Shown: positions 47,077 to 58,632, numbered from the stretch's first letter. The stretch is DNA of 64,000 bases from an uncultured Planctomycetales bacterium (GCA_964603585.1 CAZRVK010000002.1:28282-92281); one strand, 5' to 3'. The notes: a model not told the origin generated them from the letters alone. Program-made: numbers and translations.

Positions 47077-48570
47077 TCACTCCTTCCTTAGCTTAACTTT
47101 CACAAATCCCACGGAATTAGCGGGCACTTTCCGAGGATGCGTCTTGGCGGCAAGCAGGATAAAATCCGGATCCCCTAACAGGCTCAATGGGACATTGAGC
47201 ACGATTTCAGTTTCTCCAAAATTAAGGGTCATCCCTGCAGGCTCAATCCTTTTATCTTTATCGAACATGCGGAAACTTTTATGCTTAGTAAAAATTGTTA
47301 TCTTGGGCATTGCCGGGAAAGGAGTCTTATAACTGTACCCGAAACAATACAGCATTGTGCTAAACCTGCGGTTAAGCTCTTTAGTTTTTTCGATACGTAT
47401 CAACAAGGATCCGCCTTCTTTGGCATACTGTACGCCTAATCCGCCTTGTTTATTCTGTGGAGATGGGCTTTTTATTTGGCCCGTAAATATGTTCGATACT
47501 CCTAAGTTTTCCTTGAGCCGGGCCACCAGCCAACCCCAATCCCTGGCTTGGCTTTTACCACCCTGAAGGATCTCGCCGGTTAAATCAATTTCCGGATAAC
47601 TCCCAAACAACTCATTCCGGCGGGCAAAAGCTAAAAGATAAAAAGCGCTGGATTGGGTCTGCGATGGATACTTTAAGATTGCCTGATATTTCTTTGTCAG
47701 ATAATAAGGGCTGATCTCCTGCTTGAGCCAAGAGATCGGCTGGGTACTTAGGGGTGCCGGAGGTAAAAGCGGGAGTTTCGGATGATAATGCCTGGGTAAT
47801 GGCCAACCTAAGAAATGCACTAAATACGGGTAGATTTTTGGCCTTTGTAAATCATTACGCAAATCAGCTAAAGCTATCTCCAGGAACAAATACAGCGATT
47901 TATGGTCAACATTCACATCCGCATGATGAGAAACAAAAACTTTAGTTGGCTGAAATATCCTTATTACTTCTTTTAAATCCTCCAGGATGCTTTCCCCCTG
48001 ATAAGGCGCGCCATAAGAGAGGTTATCCTTATAAGGAACTTTCGTGATCCTTGTCAACATGCTTTTATATGAACGTTTACTGCCCCAAAAGTCCTTAAAG
48101 ATCCTGAAAGTCCCAAAATCCGGATACCCTAAGAAAACCAGATCAGACTCCTTTAAACCCAACAGATTCATTGCGTTGATCGCCTCTTTTTGACGCTTCT
48201 GCCCCATATAAATAAACCCTGTGGAGCGAAAAACAATCCGTTTTTCGGAAACAATAAAAGCAAACTCGTTGTGATCGCCATTGGTTAAATAAACAATACG
48301 GATATCCGCACCGGCACGCCTGGCTATCTGGATAACCCCGGCACAGCCTATAGCCTCATCATCGGGATGCGGAGCGAGGATCATTACCCGGTCATCTTTC
48401 GTAAACGGCTCTAAATCGCCTATTAAAGCAGGTTCAAATAAAGGGTTTTGGAATTGTTCGCAATAACCTTTGCCGAAAAAGATAATCAAGAATAATACAG
48501 ACAAAATGATCTTTTCAGCCATAATCTTAAAGTAATATCTGGTAACGCCTAAAAAAACTATATTATACAT
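47077..48570 (-). CDS. PIG-L/LmbE-family N-acetylglucosaminyl deacetylase fused to an about 250-aa C-terminal domain of unknown function. Carries an N-terminal signal/anchor.
   Basis: MILAPHPDDEAIGCAGVI...VYLTNGDHN (PIG-L zinc-binding motif). N-terminal hydrophobic segment. C-terminal half not recognised. Confidence 0.65.
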   Translation of the reverse strand: MYNIVFLGVTRYYFKIMAEKIILSVLFLIIFFGKGYCEQFQNPLFEPALIGDLEPFTKDDRVMILAPHPDDEAIGCAGVIQIARRAGADIRIVYLTNGDHNEFAFIVSEKRIVFRSTGFIYMGQKRQKEAINAMNLLGLKESDLVFLGYPDFGTFRIFKDFWGSKRSYKSMLTRITKVPYKDNLSYGAPYQGESILEDLKEVIRIFQPTKVFVSHHADVNVDHKSLYLFLEIALADLRNDLQRPKIYPYLVHFLGWPLPRHYHPKLPLLPPAPLSTQPISWLKQEISPYYLTKKYQAILKYPSQTQSSAFYLLAFARRNELFGSYPEIDLTGEILQGGKSQARDWGWLVARLKENLGVSNIFTGQIKSPSPQNKQGGLGVQYAKEGGSLLIRIEKTKELNRRFSTMLYCFGYSYKTPFPAMPKITIFTKHKSFRMFDKDKRIEPAGMTLNFGETEIVLNVPLSLLGDPDFILLAAKTHPRKVPANSVGFVKVKLRKE

Positions 48571-50164
48571 GCCGTTTTCTTAACCTCAAGATTAACTCTA
48601 TGCATAAAATCGAAAAACAGGCTATAACCAATAAATCTCCAAACCGGGTATAAAAACCAATACGGCGGCGGCAGGATAAATATAATTCTCTGGTATCATA
48701 CCCCTCAATAAACAGATTCTTTCCGGATTTATCCGCAACTAAAGAAATAATCTTGCCGGAAGGGGCGATAAAACCAGACACTCCGGTATTCGTACTGCGC
48801 ACCACAGGGACACGGTTCTCTACCGCACGGAATATGGATGCCTGTAGGTGCTGGTAAGGAGCAGAAGTTTGCTTATACCAGGCATCGTTAGTAATATTGA
48901 CCAGGAATGTTGCGCCCCTTTTAACGAACTGCCTGGATAAAACCGGAAAAAGATCTTCAAAACAGTCTAAAACTGCAAATTTGTATTGAAAATCATCCCC
49001 TTTATGATTGTCTGCAAATTTGACCGCAGAGGTAGTTTCTGTTTTCGGAAGATAAAATATGGTATACTCTTTGCCCGGCTCAATATCCCCGATCGGCGCG
49101 ATCGCGGCTAACCAGGGGAAAATATCCCTAAAAGGTATAAACTCTCCGAAAGGAACCAGGTGTAGTTTGTCATACCGCGTCAAAGTGTTTGCTCCAGGAG
49201 AAACAAGTATTGCGCTGTTGTAATACCGCTCATCCCGCAAAGTAACCGCCCCTAAAAGCAGCGGCGTATTTATTTCTGCGACTAACATTCTGACTTGCTC
49301 AAAATATTCCGGTTCCTCCTCTAAAACACACGGTAAAGCTGCTTCAGGCCAGACGATCAGCTGCGGGCGTTTAATGGAAGCCTCCCGGGTTATCCTAAAA
49401 TATTTATCCAGGATAAACCTCTTATAAAGCGGATCCCATTTCAGTTCTTGAGGAATACTGGGCTGAATGATAGAAACCTTCAATTGTTGCCCACCCGGGC
49501 TATAGTATCCTTGATACAGCCGAAAATACCCATACCCCAGGGATAAAACCAAAATCGCTATTGGAATCACGAATTTTATTTTTCTTGATTTGTAGCTCTC
49601 TCCTGGAATACGGAAGGACGGATCGAAAAAAACAGCGTATATCGAAACATTGGACATCGCTACCAGAAAAGACACTCCTAAAACACCGCTTACGTCTGCA
49701 ATCTGAATAACCGCCAGATTAGAAGACTGGGAATAGCCTAAAAGCGCCCAACCAAAGCCAGTGAACAGATGACTGCGAATGTATTCCAACAAAACCCATA
49801 TCGAGGGAATAAGAAGGAAATGACTTGTAGCAAAGAAGCGGTTTTTTGCAAGACAAAACCGTGAAACCATGATCCCGAAAAGCCCAAAATACAATGCTAA
49901 ATACAAAACCAGCACAATCGTACCGATAATGGTAACATGTACCAGCCAATAAACAGCTCCGCTCCAGAAAACAACACCGGTAAAATAAGCCAAACAAAAT
50001 GCCCGGGAAAAGGATTTATCCTTGAGTGCGATAAATAAAGGCACTAAACCAAACCATGCCGTGAACCAAAGATTGAAATTCGGAAAAGATAAAACAAGAA
50101 GGGATGCTGAAAGAAAGCAAAGCAATAAACTATTGGTTCCTTGTAATTTCAACTGCCGCAGCAT
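48563..50164 (-). CDS. lnt: Apolipoprotein N-acyltransferase Lnt.
   Basis: N-terminal about 6 TM helices plus a C-terminal CN-hydrolase domain ([15 protein letters not shown]..., [11 protein letters not shown]...NITNDAWY). Confidence 0.75.
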   Translation of the reverse strand: MLRQLKLQGTNSLLLCFLSASLLVLSFPNFNLWFTAWFGLVPLFIALKDKSFSRAFCLAYFTGVVFWSGAVYWLVHVTIIGTIVLVLYLALYFGLFGIMVSRFCLAKNRFFATSHFLLIPSIWVLLEYIRSHLFTGFGWALLGYSQSSNLAVIQIADVSGVLGVSFLVAMSNVSIYAVFFDPSFRIPGESYKSRKIKFVIPIAILVLSLGYGYFRLYQGYYSPGGQQLKVSIIQPSIPQELKWDPLYKRFILDKYFRITREASIKRPQLIVWPEAALPCVLEEEPEYFEQVRMLVAEINTPLLLGAVTLRDERYYNSAILVSPGANTLTRYDKLHLVPFGEFIPFRDIFPWLAAIAPIGDIEPGKEYTIFYLPKTETTSAVKFADNHKGDDFQYKFAVLDCFEDLFPVLSRQFVKRGATFLVNITNDAWYKQTSAPYQHLQASIFRAVENRVPVVRSTNTGVSGFIAPSGKIISLVADKSGKNLFIEGYDTRELYLSCRRRIGFYTRFGDLLVIACFSILCIELILRLRKRHV

Positions 50165-53079
50165 TTCTTATACTTTTTGCCTGAACCACACGGACAAGGG
50201 TCATTTCTTCCAACCTTTTCATGCGCCGCAGGAGTCGCTGGATTCTGAACCTTGGGATGATTTAACGACGGCATCTCCGGCATAGGCGCGTTTTCGGCCG
50301 GGGGTTCAAATTTGACTGCCTCTGGATGTAAAAGCTCCTGGGAAACAGAACTGAATACACCCCTAAACCTTTCCTCTTTAGGCGGGGCCAGCTTAAATAC
50401 AACCTCAACTGCCTCTTCTTCAATGTTCGAGATCATTTCCGAGAACATATTAAAACCTTCCCGTTTGTATTCGATCAAAGGATCGCGCTGGCCGTAAGCA
50501 CGCAATCCGATACCTTCCCGCAAAATATCCATCGCATACAAATGCTCTTTCCATTTAGTGTCAATTGCCTGTAAAAACACCATACGTTCTAAATGCCTCA
50601 TCAATTCCTGGCCAATCGAATTCTCCTTATCGGCATAGAATTGCTGGATATGCCCAAACAAATATTCCTTTAATCTGTCCTGTCCAAAATCATCGATTTG
50701 CTCACCGAGAACCTCAATGCCGAACTTAGCCCGGACAGCATTAGCCAGTCCCGGAATATCCCAATCTTCCCGGCCAACATTATCCTGGGTATATACATTA
50801 ACCATATCATCGATTAACTTCTCCGTAATATCCAGGATATTGTCTTTTAATGAAATCCCTTCCAAGATCTGGCGGCGCTGTGTGTAGATCACCTCCCGTT
50901 GTTTATTCATGACGTTATCATATTCCAGAAGCTGTTTTCGGATCTCGAAATTATGCTGTTCTACCCGGCGTTGTGCGACCTCAATGGATTTGCTGATCCA
51001 GGGATGCTCGATCACCTGGCCCTCCTCAAGGCCAAGCATATTCATCATCCCGATTATCTTCTCCGATCCGAAAAGACGCATTAATTCATCTTCCAGGGAA
51101 ACATAAAAACGGGATGATCCGGGATCCCCCTGCCTGCCGGAGCGCCCGCGCAACTGATTGTCAATCCTGCGGGCCTCATGGCGTTCGGTACCTAAAACAT
51201 GCAATCCGCCAAGGCCTACAACCTTAACATGCTCTGCCTCGGTTTCGGTTTTATACTTGGCTAAAAGCAAATCATACTCCGCCTGATATTCAGGGTCTTC
51301 AGGCCGGTATTTCTGGCGGGCAATACTGCGCGCAATAAAACCCGGGTTGCCGCCTAAGAGGATATCCGTCCCGCGTCCCGCCATATTGGTAGCAATAGTC
51401 ACTCCTTTATACCTTCCAGCCTGGGCTACGATCTGCGCTTCCATTTCATGGTATTTAGCATTTAAAACCTGATGCGCTATCCCTTTGCGTTTAAGCATAT
51501 CCGAAAGCCGTTCGGATTTGTCGATAGTGATCGTCCCGACTAAGACCGGTTTCCCCTGCGCGTAAAGCCCAGCGATCTCCTCAACCACAGCATTGAATTT
51601 TTCTTTTTCTGTCTTATAGATACAATCCGGGAAATTTGTTCTGATTAACGGTTTGTTCGTCGGGATCACCACTACATCTAATTTATAGATCGCCTTAAAC
51701 TCATTCGCCTCGGTAAACGCGGTCCCGGTCATCCCCGCCAGCTTCTCATACATCCGGAAATAATTCTGGAAGGTAACCGTAGCCAAAGTCTGGTTCTCTC
51801 TTTCGATCTTCATTCCTTCTTTGGCCTCTACCGCCTGGTGCAATCCGTCAGACCAACGCCTGCCTGGCATCATTCTGCCGGTAAATTCATCGACAATAAT
51901 TACCTCGCCTTCTTTAACCACATAATCCACGTCCTTCTGAAAAAACTCTTTAGCCCGCAGAGCTTGAATAGTATGGTGCCGGTATTCGATAGTATCGATA
52001 TTATGCAAGCTCTCCACCCCCCATAAGCGGGTGGCCTTTGCCTCCCCCTCTTCGCTTAAAGCAATGGTGTGGCCTTTTTCATCCGCAAGATAATCAAACC
52101 CTTTTGACAGATCAACGCCTTTATGCTTAGCATCGATCTCATCTTTTTCCGTAATCCTGCGCCCTCGTAACTGCTCGGAGATCTTCTTGGCAGTGTAATA
52201 TTTATCCGTTGCCTCTTCTGCCGGCCCGGAAATGATCAAAGGCGTACGCGCCTCATCCACCAGGATAGAATCCACTTCATCGACGATGGCATAATAAAAA
52301 GGCCTCTGCACCAGATCATCCATACTGTATTTCATATTATCACGCAAATAATCAAACCCAAACTCGTTGTTGGTGCCATAAGTGATATCACAGGCATAGG
52401 CGACTTTTCTCTGTTGATCGGACATCTCATGCTGGATCGTTCCTACGGTCAAACCCAGGAATTCGTAAACCGGCCCCATCCATTCACGGTCGCGCCGGGC
52501 AAGATAGTCATTGACTGTAACTACATGCACCCCCTTATCCAAAAGCGCGTTCAAATAAGCCGGCAGTGTGGCTACCAGGGTTTTACCTTCGCCGGTAGCC
52601 ATTTCTGCGATCCTGCCTTCATGCAAAACTATACCTCCAGCGATCTGCGAATCAAAATGACGCAAGCCAATGGTCCGCTTGGCGGTCTCCCGCACTACCG
52701 CAAAAGCCTCTGGCAATATTTGCTCAAAAACTTTATTTCTTACAAGCTTAAGCTTTTCTTTGACTTTGTCTTTCTCTTCCGGAATAGCCGAATGCAATAA
52801 TAATTCCTGCAGCTCTTTTATCTGCGGCTGTAATTTTATTGAATTTTCCGCAATATGCGCCTTGAACTGCCCGGTTTTAACCTTAAGCTCTTCGTCGGTA
52901 AGCGCACTGATCTTAGGCTCCCAGGAATTCACCTGGTCGACAATCTTAGCCATTTCTACGATCTTACTGATCGACGGGGGAGGCATATCCGGATGCAGAA
53001 CTATATGCGCCGAAGGGAACTTCTTGTTAATCTTGTTTTGTTTTTGTTTTAAAAGCTGCTGCCTAATAAAACCTAACAT
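50149..53079 (-). CDS. secA: Preprotein translocase ATPase SecA.
   Basis: Walker [25 protein letters not shown]-like [22 protein letters not shown]-terminal Zn finger [14 protein letters not shown]. Confidence 0.95.
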   Translation of the reverse strand: MLGFIRQQLLKQKQNKINKKFPSAHIVLHPDMPPPSISKIVEMAKIVDQVNSWEPKISALTDEELKVKTGQFKAHIAENSIKLQPQIKELQELLLHSAIPEEKDKVKEKLKLVRNKVFEQILPEAFAVVRETAKRTIGLRHFDSQIAGGIVLHEGRIAEMATGEGKTLVATLPAYLNALLDKGVHVVTVNDYLARRDREWMGPVYEFLGLTVGTIQHEMSDQQRKVAYACDITYGTNNEFGFDYLRDNMKYSMDDLVQRPFYYAIVDEVDSILVDEARTPLIISGPAEEATDKYYTAKKISEQLRGRRITEKDEIDAKHKGVDLSKGFDYLADEKGHTIALSEEGEAKATRLWGVESLHNIDTIEYRHHTIQALRAKEFFQKDVDYVVKEGEVIIVDEFTGRMMPGRRWSDGLHQAVEAKEGMKIERENQTLATVTFQNYFRMYEKLAGMTGTAFTEANEFKAIYKLDVVVIPTNKPLIRTNFPDCIYKTEKEKFNAVVEEIAGLYAQGKPVLVGTITIDKSERLSDMLKRKGIAHQVLNAKYHEMEAQIVAQAGRYKGVTIATNMAGRGTDILLGGNPGFIARSIARQKYRPEDPEYQAEYDLLLAKYKTETEAEHVKVVGLGGLHVLGTERHEARRIDNQLRGRSGRQGDPGSSRFYVSLEDELMRLFGSEKIIGMMNMLGLEEGQVIEHPWISKSIEVAQRRVEQHNFEIRKQLLEYDNVMNKQREVIYTQRRQILEGISLKDNILDITEKLIDDMVNVYTQDNVGREDWDIPGLANAVRAKFGIEVLGEQIDDFGQDRLKEYLFGHIQQFYADKENSIGQELMRHLERMVFLQAIDTKWKEHLYAMDILREGIGLRAYGQRDPLIEYKREGFNMFSEMISNIEEEAVEVVFKLAPPKEERFRGVFSSVSQELLHPEAVKFEPPAENAPMPEMPSLNHPKVQNPATPAAHEKVGRNDPCPCGSGKKYKKCCGS

Positions 53080-53082
53080 GTT

Positions 53083-54190
53083 CTAAGCCCTTTCTCTGGC
53101 CTGGGATTTCAGGTATGCTTCAATAAATTCATCTATCCCGCCGTTCATTACTTTATTGACATCCCCGGTCTCATGATCAGTGCGGTGGTCTTTGACCAAG
53201 GTATATGGCTGCATCACATAAGAACGGATCTGACTGCCCCATTCAATCTTCTTTTTTTCCGTCCCGTAATTCTTAGCCAGCTCATCTTCTTTTTTCTGCC
53301 TGGCCATTTCATAAAGCCTGGCTTTTAAGATCTTCATCGCCGTTTGCTTGTTCTGGAACTGCGAACGCTCATTTTGGCACTGGGCGACGATCCCGGAAGG
53401 GATGTGGGTGATCCTTACTGCAGAATCCGTAGTATTGACGCTTTGTCCTCCTGCCCCCTTAGAGCGGTAGACATCAATACGCAAATCACCTTCATCTATC
53501 TTTAGATCAATCCCCTCCTCGACTTCAGGAATCACATCAACCGAGGCAAAAGAAGTATGCCGGCGTTTATTGGCGTCAAAAGGAGAGATCCTTACCATCC
53601 GGTGCACGCCCCGTTCCGACTTCAAATATCCATAGGCATATTCACCAGTAATAATAGCGGTGATATTCTTTATCCCGGCTTCCTCACCCGGAAGTGTATC
53701 GATGGTCTTTATGTTAAAACCGCGGTCTAAAGACCAGCGGGTATACATGCGAAAAAGCATCGATACCCAGTCACATGACTCTGTACCTCCAGCACCGGCG
53801 TTTATGCTTAAGATCGCGTTGTTTTTATCGAATTCTCCGCTCAAAAGCGTCTTGAATTCCAGCTTATTTAATTCATCGGAAAGGAGTTCAAGGTTCCGAC
53901 TCAAATCCGCCAGTAATGAACCGTCTTCGGCGGAGGTAATATCCGCCATTTCCTTCAATTCCTGGTATTTATCATGCGCGCTCACCCAGGGCTCAACTAT
54001 ACCTTTTAAGGATTTTATCTCTTTGACTATTTTGGAAGAATTCTCGCTGTTATCCCAAAAACCGGAATCTGACATTTGCAGAGTGAGTTCCTCAATCTGC
54101 TTTTTCTTATTCTCTACATCAAAGATAACCTCTTAGTTGTTCCAGACAAATTCCCAGAGATGAAAGCTTTGATTGTATATTTTCGAGCAT
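53083..54190 (-). CDS. prfB: Peptide chain release factor 2, with a programmed +1 ribosomal frameshift. Frame 0 runs 54190-54122; frame +1 runs 54120-53083.
   Basis: Frame 0 is MLENIQSKLSSLGICLEQLRGYL followed by an in-frame UGA. The +1 frame continues DVENKKKQIEELTLQMSDSGFWDN... into the track ORF. SD-like AGAGG lies upstream of the CUU UGA slip site. GGQ motif GAGGQSVN. SPF-type recognition region. Confidence 0.9.
54119..54136 (-). promoter_or_regulatory. prfB autoregulatory +1 frameshift site (internal SD AGAGG, then CUU UGA).
   Basis: The minus strand reads ...CUA AGA GGU UAU CUU UGA UGU... Confidence 0.8.
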
Positions 54191-54208
54191 TTAAAACCTC
54201 CTGTTACT

Positions 54209-55300
54209 TTATACCTTCCGGATACCTCTTAAAGACAGGTAAAATTCCTCTTTATTATCAGAGAATGCAGCTGCTTCATCCTCACTAACCTGGCCTGCCT
54301 TAACCAATCTGACCAGGGACTGGTTAAACGATTGCATATCAAAAACCGTGCCTTCCTCGATAAACTGCGGTATTTCCCATATCTTGCCTTCTCTGATCAG
54401 CCGGCTGATAGTGGGAGTAAGCAGCATGATCTCATAGGCCGGGATACGGCCGACGGCATCCTTCAAAGGCAGAAGGCGTAAAGAAATCACCCCCTTAAGC
54501 AAAGATGCTAATTGAGTGCGGATCTGCTGGTGCTGATGAGGAGGGAAAAAATTAATGATCCTCTCTACGCTTTGGCTGGCATTAACGGTATGTAAAGTAC
54601 TTAAAACCAACACCCCAGTCTCTGCCGCAGTCAAAGCCGCAGACATAGTCTCATAATCCCGGATATTGCCAATGAATATTATGTCCGGGCTTTGCAAAGT
54701 AAATGCGCGCAGTCCAACCGCATAAGAAGAAACATCTAAACCCAATTCTCTTTGGTTGATAATGGATTTTTTATCCTGGAAGGTAAACTCCACCGGTTCT
54801 TCTATAGTTAAGACGTGTTTGGCGGTGTTTTGATTGATATACTCGATCATGCTGGCGATAGCCGTGGACTTACCACTGCCCATACTGCCGGTTAAAAGCA
54901 CTAACCCCCGTTTCTCCAGCGAAAGGCGCTTTAAAACCTCCTCCGGAAGGTTCAAATCATTAAAAGTAGCAGTGGTCTGGCGGACATTCCTGATAACAAT
55001 AGAAGGAGAATTACGCTGCATAAAAATGCTTACTCGAAAACGATGATCTAATTCGCTGGAATACAAAGCATAATCGATATCGAGATTCTTGCTAAAATAC
55101 TCTCTTTGCGTAGGGGTAGTGATGGTCTCGATTGATTTATTCACATCCGCAACGGTCAGTTTTTCTTCCGAGACATTAATGATCTTTCCGTCTAAACGCA
55201 GATGCGGAGTGCCTCCACTGCGATAAAACAGATCCGAGGCATCCCTCTGGACCATTTCCTTGAGCAAATCTTTTATTGTCATAAATCTACCTCCGTCCAT
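54209..55300 (-). CDS. pilT: Type IV pilus retraction ATPase PilT (twitching motility).
   Basis: Walker A GLVLLTGSMGSGKST. Asp/His boxes. C-terminal GKI...E of the PilT family. Confidence 0.85.
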   Translation of the reverse strand: MDGGRFMTIKDLLKEMVQRDASDLFYRSGGTPHLRLDGKIINVSEEKLTVADVNKSIETITTPTQREYFSKNLDIDYALYSSELDHRFRVSIFMQRNSPSIVIRNVRQTTATFNDLNLPEEVLKRLSLEKRGLVLLTGSMGSGKSTAIASMIEYINQNTAKHVLTIEEPVEFTFQDKKSIINQRELGLDVSSYAVGLRAFTLQSPDIIFIGNIRDYETMSAALTAAETGVLVLSTLHTVNASQSVERIINFFPPHQHQQIRTQLASLLKGVISLRLLPLKDAVGRIPAYEIMLLTPTISRLIREGKIWEIPQFIEEGTVFDMQSFNQSLVRLVKAGQVSEDEAAAFSDNKEEFYLSLRGIRKV

Positions 55301-55377
55301 TTAATACAGGAAAATCTCATACCTATTCCATGCTGATGCCCAATTTTAGGCGCCTTGCATCCTGATGAATTAGGTTA

Positions 55378-55722
55378 TTATAACATTAAATCCCGAATCT
55401 GTCTTTCCAAATTTAAAAGTAACTGTTTATTCTTACTGCCCCAGGCATACCCTCCCAATTGTCCGTTAGAACTGATCACCCGATGGCAAGGGATGATTAA
55501 CGGGTATGGATTGCGTTTTAGCAACTGCCCCACGGCCCTGGCGGCTTTCGGGGAACCGATCTTTTGGGCCACCCATTTATAAGTGCGCACCTCTCCCAAA
55601 GGAATGGATAATACCGCTTTATAGACCTTGGCCGCAAAAGGGCTCAATCGACAATCCCGGCTCATGGCTCTTGGCTCATCGTTCATACACGCCTTAATCC
55701 CCAATAGGCACCCCACAACCAA
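55378..55722 (-). CDS. Short MGMT-family protein. Only the O6-alkylguanine-DNA alkyltransferase DNA-binding/active-site domain is present.
   Basis: IPCHRVISSNGQLGGYAWG (PCHRV active-site Cys motif). Preceded by VPLGEVRTYKWVAQKIGSPKAARAVGQ (HTH). The N-terminal domain is absent. Confidence 0.75.
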   Translation of the reverse strand: MVVGCLLGIKACMNDEPRAMSRDCRLSPFAAKVYKAVLSIPLGEVRTYKWVAQKIGSPKAARAVGQLLKRNPYPLIIPCHRVISSNGQLGGYAWGSKNKQLLLNLERQIRDLML

Positions 55723-55758
55723 ACCTTATTCGCATGCATTAGTATTAAATTATCAGGA

Positions 55759-56997
55759 TTATTTCCCAAGGATATTCTTTCTTCTCAACAGATGATGATA
55801 GGAAACAGCAAAACGGTGCGCTTCATCACGGACCCGGCGGATAAGGTTCAATGCCGGGGACCCTCGCCTATACCTTAACGGCAATACCTTGCCTTGCAAG
55901 TAAATATTTTCTTTTTCCTTGGCAATACTGATCACTGTTAGCTTAAGGCCTAGATCGCGTATTGCATTATCAGCCACAGCGAGATGCTGTTTCCCCCCGT
56001 CAATCAAAACCAGGTCGGGTAAAGGGCGTTCTTCATTTATAAGACGAAAATACCGACGATAAACTACTTCGGCCATCATCTTGTAATCATCGACCTTGGA
56101 CACGGTCTTTATCTTGAACCGGCGGTAGTTATTTTTATCCGGCAGGCCGTCGTAAAAGCTGACCATCGATCCAACAGCTGATTTCCCGGAAATATTGGAG
56201 ATATCAAACCCTTCGATCCTCCGCGGCAACTTATCCAATTTCAACAGGCGCTTTAAGTCTTCTACTTCATTTAACCCGGCATCTGGCCCGGATTCCTGTA
56301 TCGCAGACAAAGCGCTTATCTGGTCCCTAAAGCGCGCTGCATCCTCAAATCTTTTTTGTTTTGCCGCAAGAGACATCTGCCGGACAAGATTAACGGATAA
56401 CTCTTCGTATCTTGACCCCAAAAACAGCCGGATATCCTCAATGATCTTCTGGTATTCTTCATGGGTAATCAAACCAATGCAAGGCGCCGGGCAAAGCTTC
56501 AAACGAAAATAAAGGCACTCCCTATCCGGCATATTCCGGCAGGTACGAAAACCGAAGATCCTGCGCGTTAAGTTAAAAACTTCCCGTAAGGCCTGGGAAT
56601 CGGTATAGGGGCCTAAGTATTGCGCAGTATCCCCCGGCAAAGGTTTTTTCCTGCGGCAGATCGAAACAACCGGGAATGCCTCGTCAGTGATTTTGATCAA
56701 CGGAAATGATTTATCATCCTTGAGGTCAATATTATACTGCGGCTGTTTTTCACTGACCAGGGCGGCTTCTAAAACTTGCGCCTGCGATTCACTCTGCGTC
56801 AGGCGATACTCTATATCGGCGATCTTAGAAACCAAGGCCTGATTCTTCCCTGACTGCGGCCGGCCAAAATAAGAAGCCACTCTCTTATGCAGGGATTTAG
56901 CCTTACCGATATAAATAACCGCTCCGGTTGCGTCCTTAAACAAATAAACCCCCGGAGCTTCTGGCAAGGCGGTTATTTTTTCTCGAAGTTTACTCAT
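55759..56997 (-). CDS. uvrC: UvrC-like excinuclease subunit. GIY-YIG, Cys-rich, UVR and RNase H-like endonuclease domains are present, but the C-terminal (HhH)2 domain is missing.
   Basis: GVYLFKDATGAVIYIGKAKSLHKRVASYF (GIY-YIG). RFEDAARFRDQISAL (UVR). EGFDISNISG...RRFKIK and RDEAHRFAVSYH (endonuclease domain). Stops at 412 aa, with no room downstream for an HhH domain. Confidence 0.75.
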   Translation of the reverse strand: MSKLREKITALPEAPGVYLFKDATGAVIYIGKAKSLHKRVASYFGRPQSGKNQALVSKIADIEYRLTQSESQAQVLEAALVSEKQPQYNIDLKDDKSFPLIKITDEAFPVVSICRRKKPLPGDTAQYLGPYTDSQALREVFNLTRRIFGFRTCRNMPDRECLYFRLKLCPAPCIGLITHEEYQKIIEDIRLFLGSRYEELSVNLVRQMSLAAKQKRFEDAARFRDQISALSAIQESGPDAGLNEVEDLKRLLKLDKLPRRIEGFDISNISGKSAVGSMVSFYDGLPDKNNYRRFKIKTVSKVDDYKMMAEVVYRRYFRLINEERPLPDLVLIDGGKQHLAVADNAIRDLGLKLTVISIAKEKENIYLQGKVLPLRYRRGSPALNLIRRVRDEAHRFAVSYHHLLRRKNILGK

Positions 56998-58549
56998 TTT
57001 TATTCCGTTTTAAAAGCAGGGACCACAACTCCTGCATTTCCCTGACCCGCAACAAGAGGCAAAATACAATATAAGAAACAACCCCTGACGCAAGTAGCAC
57101 CGCCAAATACACAGATTTCGATAAAATCCCCTGACCGGGAATAATTTGCCGGGAGAGGAAAAAACATACCCCGGCCATGGCTAAACTGGCTAAAAATATA
57201 CGTAAAACCGAAGATAAGATCCCTTTTAGATCAATCCCGTTAAGCCTGCGATTAAGGATGATAAATAACACCGCCGCAGAAATTATCCCCGATAAAGAAG
57301 TAGCCAAAGCAATCCCGGAAATCTGCATGGGAAATATCAGTACAGCATTTAAAACGATATTAAGAAAAAGCGCCAGGGCAGAAACCTTGGTCGGGGTAAC
57401 TGTGTTTTTTAAGGCAAAAAAACATGCCTGCAAAACTTTTACCGCAGCATATGCCGATAACCCCAGGGCATAAAATACAACTGCCTTTGCCGTCATTATA
57501 GTAGAGTAACTGTCGAACTGGCCCCTTTCGTAAATAACCCGTACGATCGGATAAGCTAACACCACTAGCCCCAAGGAAGCCGGAAGCATCAGAAAAAATA
57601 TTGCACGTATTCCAAAGGATAATGTATTCTTCAGGCGGTCATAGCCGCTCTCTAACGCACGTATAGAAAGTTCCGGCAGGATCGCCTGAAAAAGAGCATT
57701 ACTGAATATCCCCAAGGGAAACTGGATCAACCGATAAGAAAAATACAATACCGCCACACCGCCTTGACCGGCCAGAAACGCCAATGAACCGAATGCCGAA
57801 TCCACTAAATTATTCAATTGATATATCCCGGAACTTAAGATCCTGGGCAACATCAGTTGGCCGATGGTTTTAGCCTCCGGATGCCGGAAGCGCCGGAATA
57901 ATTGCAAACGCCATCCCTTTTTATATAATACCATTACCTGGGCCAAAAGCTGTAAGACCCCGCCCACCAACACCCCTAAAGCCAGACCCATAACCCCTTC
58001 GCCAAAAATCAGGGCAAAAACGATCATGGAAATATTCAATAAACACGGGGCAAATGCCGGGACGGAAAAATGCTTAAGGGAATTTAAAAGCGCCATGGTG
58101 TATGCTGCCAGGCAAATCAACAAACAATACGGGAACAAAACCCTGGTGAGAGATACGGTTATAGCTAATTTGTCCGCATCGGCTATAAATCCGGGGGCAA
58201 AAATACGCACTAAGAAGGGGGCAAAAGTCATCCCCAAAAGAGTAATTGTGGCAAGCACAACTAAAAGCAGATTAAGTACCACATTAGCCAAATCCCAAAA
58301 AGCCTCTTTGCTGTGTCTATCCTGGTATTGGCTGAATACAGGTACCATTGCGGCATTTGCCGCACCTTCACCCAGTAGATCACGGAATAAATTAGGGATG
58401 CGGAATGCTACAACAAAAGCATCGGCATAGGCATAAACTCCAAAAAGCCCGGCAATAACCATATCCCTGGCTAAACCAAGAATACGGGAACACAAAGTTG
58501 CAGCACCAATAATGCCGGCAGATCTGGCTATGGATTTGTGGGTTGACAT
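56990..58549 (-). CDS. murJ: Lipid II flippase MurJ.
   Basis: MSTHKSIARSAGIIGAATLCSRILGLARDMVIAGLFG is the canonical MurJ/MviN N-terminus. 14-TM architecture. Confidence 0.9.
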   Translation of the reverse strand: MSTHKSIARSAGIIGAATLCSRILGLARDMVIAGLFGVYAYADAFVVAFRIPNLFRDLLGEGAANAAMVPVFSQYQDRHSKEAFWDLANVVLNLLLVVLATITLLGMTFAPFLVRIFAPGFIADADKLAITVSLTRVLFPYCLLICLAAYTMALLNSLKHFSVPAFAPCLLNISMIVFALIFGEGVMGLALGVLVGGVLQLLAQVMVLYKKGWRLQLFRRFRHPEAKTIGQLMLPRILSSGIYQLNNLVDSAFGSLAFLAGQGGVAVLYFSYRLIQFPLGIFSNALFQAILPELSIRALESGYDRLKNTLSFGIRAIFFLMLPASLGLVVLAYPIVRVIYERGQFDSYSTIMTAKAVVFYALGLSAYAAVKVLQACFFALKNTVTPTKVSALALFLNIVLNAVLIFPMQISGIALATSLSGIISAAVLFIILNRRLNGIDLKGILSSVLRIFLASLAMAGVCFFLSRQIIPGQGILSKSVYLAVLLASGVVSYIVFCLLLRVREMQELWSLLLKRNKNE

Positions 58550-58632
58550 TTTTAGTAATTTATGCTATACATAGTGCTTAAGAAAAACCCTTCAAAATCA
58601 ATATGCGGTTACGAATTTAAGGAGAAGATACT

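Noticed and set aside
58550-58632. Possible sigma70 promoter upstream of rpsT.
   Set aside because: A strong SD is evident but no convincing -35/-10 pair with proper spacing could be picked out by eye. It is left unannotated.
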